Assembly: GCA_951406725.2 (NCBI GenBank) | Contig: OX597828.1 | Coordinates: 67,890,001-67,954,000, forward strand | DNA length: 64,000 bases | Source of the DNA: Octopus vulgaris | Lineage: Eukaryota | Direction: 5' to 3' | Shown here: positions 55,806-64,000 of the stretch, one piece after another | Layout of the letters: each line of letters opens with the position of its first letter | Position numbering within the stretch: position 1 is the stretch's first letter | Notes under the pieces: model-generated | What the model saw: only the letters and a program-made list of their open reading frames with translations | What the model was told of the DNA's origin: nothing | The model's database searches: none | Made by a program: the position numbers and the translations under genes

Positions 55806-56239
55806 TTGGTAGGTAGGTAAGTAAGTGGGTGTGCATGTATGCATGAATGCATATAAATATATATGTATGTACGTAATCATATAGTTATTTTACAGGTTAA
55901 TTCAGCAACAATTATATTACACACACACACACATTATATAAAATGAAAAGTCACCTTGGTCTTTCGTCATCAGCTTGCATAGGATTTCAATGACTTTATA
56001 TACACATAAGTGCAACAGGTATTGCAGTGTGTGTGTATGTGTGAAAGAGAGAGAATGTGTATTTCAGTTTTCTTTGTAGTTTATTTGTTCCTGTTTTTTT
56101 TTTATTGTGTTGTTTGTGTTTATTTGCAAATCCATATTGACATCTGTTACATTCAGCCTAATTATTCACCATGTGCACATTTGGTCGACTTTTGTCAACA
56201 CACACACATATATGTTTATATATATATATATATATATAA

Positions 56240-57080
56240 CACTTGAACTTCCAAGTGCTTTCACAAATAGAAAAGAAAGAGAAATTAACAGCACAATATT
56301 TGGATTTCAAAAGGATTCTATGATCCTCTTTTAATGTCCCAAGAAAAATTGTGTAGTCACGCTTATGAGTACAATGCACTCTCAGCCTTCAAATGATTCA
56401 AAAAGTGCTGAAAAGAAACCTGAAGTTATAACATGTTACAAGAAAACAAAAGGAGGAGTAGATACCCTAGATGAGATGTTAAGGACATACACTTGCAAAA
56501 GAATGACTCGAGGATGGCCTATGGTTATATTCTACGACATGACTGAATGCTTTCATTGTTGCTAAACAGATTCCCTTGCAAAGTTTCAAGGGTAAAAGAA
56601 GAGGTGCCTAATTCAGTTACGAAAGGAATTACAAACAATCTTTTAGTTCCGCTAACATTTCTCAACCAAACGAGAAAAAAAGACGATCTTTAACCTCATT
56701 TGAGATTCCTCAGTCAAAGGAAAAAGGAAGATGTTCTTTGTGTGACCCCATCCTAAAAAAAGACAGGAAAACTCGTACTACATGTAAGAATTGCAATATC
56801 GATGTTTGCCAAGAACATTCCAATGTTGTCTGCATTCACTGCCATGAGGAGCTGTAATTCTGTATTTTTGTAATTTTTAAAATTTATAATATATTCTGCA
56901 AACTATTTTTTTTTTTATTAAAATTTGTGAGAAACAGTAATTCTTCATTCATCTGATGCCATATATAATGTAGCTAAGAAATAATGGTAGTTTGAATAAA
57001 ATTTAATTAAAAGAAAAATATTGGGTCCATTGGACCCAGCTGGTAATTATTGACATACATTTTCTCTGGTAGACCAAGGG
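56240..57080 (+). mobile_element. piggyBac 3' remnant
   Basis: LMSTMH..KKPEVITCYKKTKGGVDTLD..KRMTRGWPM; Cys-rich C-terminus RCSLC..CKNC..VCQEH..C..C; ends GGG|TTAA. Confidence 0.88.
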
Positions 57081-57857
57081 TTAAAGGAGAGCAAGAGAAA
57101 ACAACAAGAACAGGAATCCAAAGTCAATGTAATTATGCTGTGAGAAAGCAAGGGGATATAGAATTCAGGGTTTTAGACATTTGTCATTTGTCAAAAAAGG
57201 AGCACTTAGAAAAGGGGAAAATGTTATGTGAGAAAACATTGTTGATTTGACTATTTCTGGCACTTTCTCTTTAACTGACTCAGAATTCACACCCACCATT
57301 TGAGCTACTCCTGCTAACTTCCTATTTTGTGCCTTTAATTCTATCTTTTACAAACCCACCAACCCCTACTTCTACTATCCCACTTCACCTCATCCCACTC
57401 CATTCTCATTGAATCTTCTACCCTCTACATACAATTCCCCTTCATCAACCTCCACTTTCATCAACATTCTCACTTTTGATGCAATCTCACCACCTCCCAT
57501 TAGTGACCTTCCTGTCCCATATTCTCTCACTTATTGTCTTCTCTTCTTCCATCACTCCCCCCCCCCCCATCTCACCTCTCTCAAACACAGTCTCTCACAA
57601 ATTCATCGTTTCCAATCTAGTTCACGGATGTTCTACATCTTTCCTGAATTCTCTCTCACTTTAAACCCAACAGCAACCCAAGTAACCATCCTGGATCCTA
57701 TCCCCTACTCTCATTGGAACATTCATTGGAACCCCTTTTAGTCTATACTTCCCCATGTCACTGTTTCAACTCTACCTTCAACAACACCATCTATTCCCCC
57801 AAATGTCATCTCAGCTGAAAAGGCTGACCCTTTCAGAGGATAATTATTGAATACCTG

Positions 57858-58930
57858 AAGGTGCATAGCTTAGTGATTAGGGTTTTCACCTCACCTTTGT
57901 AAGGTCATGAGTTCAATTTCCAGCAACACATTGTGTCCTTGAGCAAGACACTTTATTTCACGCTGCTTCACTCCACTCAGCTGGCAAAAATGAGTAGTAC
58001 CTGTTTTTCAAAGGACCAGCCTTGTCAAGCTCTGTCTGTGTCATGCTGAATATCCCTCAGCACTACATTAAGAGTACACATGTCTGTAGAGTGCTCAGCC
58101 ACATCATCATCATCATCATCATCATCGTTTAACGTCCGCCTTCCATGCTAGCATGGGTTGGACGATTTTGACTGAGGGCTGGCAAACCAGATTGCTGCAC
58201 CAGGCTCCAATCTTGATTTGGCAGAGTTTCTACAGCTGGATGCCCTTCCTAACGCCAACCACTCTGAGAGTGTAGTGGGTGCTTTTTACGTGCCACTGGA
58301 ATGGGGGCCAGTCAGGTGGTACTGGCAACGGCCTCACTCGAATCCTTTTACACATGCCACCAGCACAGGTGCCAGTAAGGCGACTACATTAATTTCATGA
58401 GCAGGCTGTTCTGTTGATTGGATGGATCAACTGGAACCCTCGTCATCATAACTGACAGAGTGCCAGTTATATTGAGCATCCGATCCAATCCTGGATCATC
58501 CAGGCCAGCAGCTTATCAAACCAGTTCTGAACATTACCTCATTACATGTACTCGCACTTTGTCACTTGCAGCATTATACAACTTATACAACAGTCTGTAT
58601 GAAGGTGCATGGCTCAGTGGTTAAACCATCAGGTTTAAAGCTGTGTGATTGTGAGTTCGAATCCCGGACCGAGTTGTGTGTTGTGTTCTTGAGCAAGACA
58701 TTTTATTTCATGTTGCTCCAGTTCACTCAGCTGTAGAAATGAGTTGCGATGTCACTGGTGCAAAGCTGTATCGGCCCCTTTGCCTTTCCCTTGGATAACA
58801 TCAGTGGCATGGAGAAGGGAGACGGGTATGCATGGGTGACTGCTGGTCTTCCAGAAACAACAGTGCCCAGACTTATGCTTAAGAGGGAAACTTTCTAAGT
58901 GCAATCCCATGGTTATTTGTGATTGGAGAG
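57858..58930 (+). mobile_element. Two older tRNA/CORE-like SINEs (57858-58100 and 58602-58930)
   Basis: tRNA-like heads GGTGCAT(A/G)GCT.AGTG, B-box GAGTTC.A, then CTTGAGCAAGACA. Confidence 0.7.
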
Positions 58931-60259
58931 GTCTTTTACAACACTATGGTACTCCCCACAAGTGGAAAATACCACAGCATTGTACAAAAATGAATTGCAT
59001 TATGAACATCTAATTTATCAACAGGATTATTATTCCATATTGCTTTCCTATAAAAACACTATCCCTTATATTAATATCCTCATCTCCCCACACACAGACA
59101 TTACACACCCACACTTTTGTATTCATACCTATTTCTTTATTACCCACAAGGGGCTAAACACAGAGAGGACAAACAAGCACAGACAAATGGATTAAGACGA
59201 TTACATCGACCCCAGTGCATAACTGGTACTTATTTAATCGACCCCCGAAAGGATGAAAGGCAAAGTCGACCTCGGCGTAATTTGAACTCAGAACGTAGCT
59301 AAGCATTTCGCCCACCGTGCTAACGATTCTGCCAGGTCGCCACCTGGCGATACACTTTTGTATTCATGCCATCCTTATAGTAATGCACCACATGCTCATA
59401 TTCACACAACATGATCACACTACATTACACCTTCCCATGCTTATCTCCCTTAGCTCTCACTCTTCTTGCTATAAACCACCATTCGACCTTTCACCCTGCT
59501 GCCTCACAGCAATCAGTTTGGTTTTCTCAATATTATTTGTCTTGTCTCTGTCCTCTGTTTATAACAAAACGCACAAAAGTCCAAAATATCAAATTCTCCT
59601 TCACCCCCTCCCTGTTCTTACCTCAAAACATAATTATGTTGACTTTGTACTCTTCCTCCTTGTTTTTCTTTTTTGTTATTTACTGTGGCTTCTCATGACT
59701 CTACTTTGATATTCTATCCACCAAACAGTCACAGACAACCATCATCAATACCTACATACCATGCCATTTCTATGGAATGAGAGAAATCTATTATTGAAAG
59801 ATCAGCATCGCCTTACTGGTATCTGTGCCGGTGGCACGTGTAAAAGTTTCGAGTGAGGTCGTTGCCAGTGCCACCTGACTGGCCCCCGTGCCAGTGGCAT
59901 GTAAAAAGCACCCACTACACTCATGGAGTGGTTGGCGTTAGGAAGGGCATCCAGCTGTAGAAACTCTGCCAGATCAAGATTGAAGCTTGGCACAGCCATC
60001 TGGTTCGCCAGGTCTCAGTCAAATCGTCCAACCCATGCTAGCATGGAAAGCGGACGTTAAACAATGATGATGATGATGATGAGCAGAGGTGATGAATGCC
60101 TATGTCACTTCTGTCATAACTCCTCACCTGACTGTTGTGTCTTGCCCCAAATGCCAGTTTTGCAGAGGCGGGGTGTCTGCTTTGCTGCTTCCTGTAGAAG
60201 GGATGCATTTCAATATTCAGGGGTCCATCTGTTGCCATTGACTTCTGGAATGCAGGCTT

Positions 60260-60740
60260 TGTATGCCATGACTGATGGTGTGCAGATCAGCACTGAAGTT
60301 GTGCCACCTGAAGATTTTCCTGGACAATGAACAGGTCTGGTCTTCATTTCTAAGATACATTTTTCTACAGCTCATCTGGTTGATGGAGCTGCAGTCCTGT
60401 GAAAAGAAAAGACCAAGACTGAGGGCATGGCACATGGAACACTGTCAGGTTAGCCAGTATAAGTTACACTTTTGTTATAGAGAACTTGCCGTGGGTAAGG
60501 ACAATGATGTTCTCAGGGGAAGTTTGGATGTCAATAAGAATGAATTAAGTGGTCTGTTTTGAAAGAATTTCAGGCACGGTCTGTGGGTTACTTCCAAAAG
60601 TCCTTGGCCTGGCAGTGCCAATGAAGGAGTACTACAAGTTCAAGAATGAACTCTAGAGGTACAGAAGAACTGTCCAAGAAGTATCAAATAGTATTGGATG
60701 CATTCATGCATTGCTAAGTTCTGCAGATGAACCAGACTAT
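60260..60740 (+). mobile_element. L1/Tx1-like ORF2 C-terminal remnant
   Basis: ALKLCHLKIFLDNEQVWS..RPRLRAWH..YFQKSLAWQC. Confidence 0.55.
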
Positions 60741-62574
60741 AAACTGAGTCCACTGTGAAGTTTCTTCTGCCTCCTGCCTTTAACAAGGTAGAGCAGACAG
60801 TGTTCCTCTAAATAGTAGTTGTAACAAGAGGTTGTGTGGTGGACAAGGTTAAAAGATTGAAGGCAGACACTTTCCACTTCAGTCGAACCCTCATTGACTT
60901 TTTTAGGTTCCACTTGAAAAGGAAAGTAAGGGTGGAGGGATCTCTCCCCCAGCAAATTTATCCAGAAGTGGATAACTGCAGCAAAAATGGTCAGAGTGAA
61001 TAGAACTACACTAAGCGTACACCTGTAGACAGGTGGACAACAGTTGGGGAAGGGCTTGTGCCCTTGATGGTCAGAGAAGTATTGGATCTGTCAGGTTCCT
61101 TGATTGGTCCTAGTTGGAAGTTATTTTGCATTTGAAGTTCTGTATAATCTATGTGTTCACATATTTTGTGTACTACGTATATTTTTTTAATTTCATCTCT
61201 CTCTTTTTATTCCTCCCATCATTTTAAGAAAACTCCATACAAATTGTAAATTCCTTGTAATGTTACTTTTTATCTGATTTCTTGTCTTTACATTCTGAGT
61301 TCAAATGCTGCAAGGGTCAACTTTGTCATTCATTCTTTTGGGGTCGATACAAAAAGTACCAGTTGAGCATGGAAGCCAATATAATCGACCTAACCCTTCC
61401 CCTAAAATTGCTGGCCTTGTGCCAAAATTTGAAACCATCATTATTATAAGATATAGGCACAAGCATGGCTGTGTATTTAACAGACTCACAACTGAACTTA
61501 GTGGTTTCAGGTTCAATCCAACAGCGTGAATTTGTGTTTTTTACTTTAGTGAATTTGATAGCCTGAAACTGCAAAGAAGCTTGTCGCACACTCAAACAAA
61601 CCATTTCTTTACTGCCCACAAGGGTCTAAACAGAGAGGGAACAAACAAGGACAGACAAACGGATTAAGTCGATTACATCGACCCCAGTGCGTAACTGGTA
61701 CTTAATTTATCGACCCCGAAAGGATGAGAAGAAAAGTTGACCTCCGCGGAATTTGAACTCAGAACGCAGCGGCGGACGAAATACCACAAAGCATTTCGCC
61801 CGGCGTGCTAACGTTTCTGCCAGCTCGCCGTACACTCAAACACACATACACACACACACCACTCACAAACATACGTATATCTGTGGGTACCAGAGCGTCC
61901 CATCCAACATTGACAACCCGTGTTAGTTTGTTTACATCCATGTTTGGCAAAAAGAAGATCAACAGAATAAGTACCAGACAATGAAATAAGCACTGAAATT
62001 GATATATATGATTGCCTCCTCCTTTCAAGGCAGTGTCTTAACCTGTTCAAAGTCTGACTGAAAACCAGTAAATGAGTACATATGCTCTTATTGTTGTTAA
62101 GCTCAAATTCCACCGAGGTCAACTTTGCTTTCATCCTTTCGAAATCGATAAAATAAGTACAAAGTTGAGCACTGGGGTCGATGTGATTGACTTGCCCCTT
62201 CCCCTAAAAAATTGCTGGCCTTGTACCAAAGTTCGAAATCATTATTATTGTTATTACTCATGCACATATACACACAAATATGAAATGGAACATTATCAGT
62301 TTTATCCAACGCAATTCGATAAAACAAAAGTATTGATTAAATACTGGGGTTGATTTAATGGCCTATCTGCTCTCCTTGTATCTATGTTGGAAATGTTTTT
62401 ATTATATGAAGAGTTGTAATACTGTCTCTGGATTTGAACCTGCGACGTAAAGGGCCGTTAAGTTCCATAATAAGCTACCTGGATACAGTACGTTGTACAT
62501 AAGACTAATAAGTTGACACACATACACACGCGCGCACACACATTGCAAGACACGTACACACCTCTTTTCCTCGA

Positions 62575-62622
62575 CCAATCACCGTTCGCTATTTCTGCAC
62601 ACCTATTTTTCAGCCAATCAGA
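62575..62622. promoter_or_regulatory. Candidate promoter with tandem CCAAT boxes
   Basis: GACCAATCA and AGCCAATCAG about 38 bp apart in unique, CpG-retaining sequence. Confidence 0.35.
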
Positions 62623-64000
62623 ACATTGGGCATGATGACATTTTATTTTTGGACTAGTTCCCAAAATCAAACGGCAACAGCCGTCACCGCACACACGTGT
62701 CCATTTAACAGAGACACTCACATACACACACACAAGTACAAGTTATTGTGTTGAACTTTATTACATCACACACTTGCTGAAACAAGTGTGTGTGACAGTT
62801 TGACTGTTATTGTAAGCAGATGTATCTGACACTGGGTTCACAAAACAGTCCCAAACGAAGATGGGTTCTATTGGTAAGCGCTCGACTTGCTAGAAATAGC
62901 AGCTAAATTTCGCTCGACTAACACCTTATAATCTTAAAGAAACTGGAAAAACAGAAGATGGTCCAGAACTGGAACACCTTTAATCAAAGCATTGCTCAAC
63001 CAGTGCTGACATGGGACTAAATAACAAGTCTCACAAACTCTCTCTTACAATGTTGAGGGGTAGACTTCATCTATCGCCCCTGCTTAACACCATCACCTGG
63101 TCTTTGGGTACCCTCAGCTAAGTCTACTCTGTTGCAAGCATTCGGGTCAGGTCGCTGCTTTGAGGACACCTCTCTCCCTGTAAAGGGTCAATGAGCACTA
63201 TCTTTCCCACACCCGCCACTTATATTCCCCCCAAACGCACACTAGCACATCCACAGAAACATACACTTACATTCAATAAAAGAAATATACATTCATAACA
63301 CACCCAGAGATATTTACATACGCTGTTTTAGCCTGAAAACAATTTATGTGTGTGTGTGTGTGTGTTAGTATAAAATTAATATATAGTTTTCTTATAAAGT
63401 TATGTTGTACAATAATTTTAAAATGTATTTTAAATATATTCTATAAACTTATTGTCAGAAAATAAAGAGAAAATATTTAGTTGAATGTTGTTTTGTGATG
63501 TATTTTCTTTCTTCTCCAATATTTTTTTAAGTTAAACAAATTTGAAATCCTTTGCTAAAATATTCTTCTTTCCGTTTTTCCCTCCGCCTTTTCCTTCTGT
63601 CTTCTTATTAATCTTTCTTTTCGTTTTTCTCTTTCTTTTCCCCTCATACTTCTATTAATCTTTCGTTTCGTTTGCTTTTCCCATTGCGCCCCATCTTCCA
63701 AATTCACCTCTTTCTTTCCCCCTTACACCTCGCTTATCATTCGTTTCGTTTCGGATTTTTCTTGTCCTTTTTATATTTCCCTTCGCCATCACTCATCTAT
63801 TTTTCCTTCTCTCCCTACTCCTTTCCATTTGTTCTTTTTCTTCTTTTTTTTCCTCATTTTCTTCCCGATTCTATTCGTCCTTGTCTTCCTCTTTCTCTCT
63901 TCTTCCTGTTTTCGCTTTTGTTAATCACGGTGGAAAAAAACAAACAACAACGAAATAACACACTGAAAAATAGAGCATTCTGATTGGCCAACATTGACCT

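Overview
Repeat-dominated, AT-rich animal genomic DNA, inferred to be octopus/coleoid cephalopod from the tRNA-SINE families and extreme microsatellite load. No intact host gene is evident, and most listed ORFs are microsatellite or SINE artefacts. The window holds many SINEs, LINE remnants (L1/Tx1, RTE, CR1, RLE-type), mariner, piggyBac, Helitron and Merlin-like elements, and numerous Penelope-like element (PLE) ends carrying minimal type-I hammerhead ribozymes. The hammerheads include C3:G8, G3:C8 and U3:A8 core variants. The main discovery is at 25688-27200: an intronless, frameshifted multi-Ig plus transmembrane coding cassette built like a PLE insertion. It has an inverted 67-bp partial terminal repeat at the 5' end and a hammerhead-bearing 3' repeat whose catalytic core supplies the stop codon, and it sits inside a (TA)n tract. 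This suggests a ribozyme-bearing non-autonomous PLE that carries an Ig-superfamily receptor. All calls come from reading by eye; no alignments or database searches were run.
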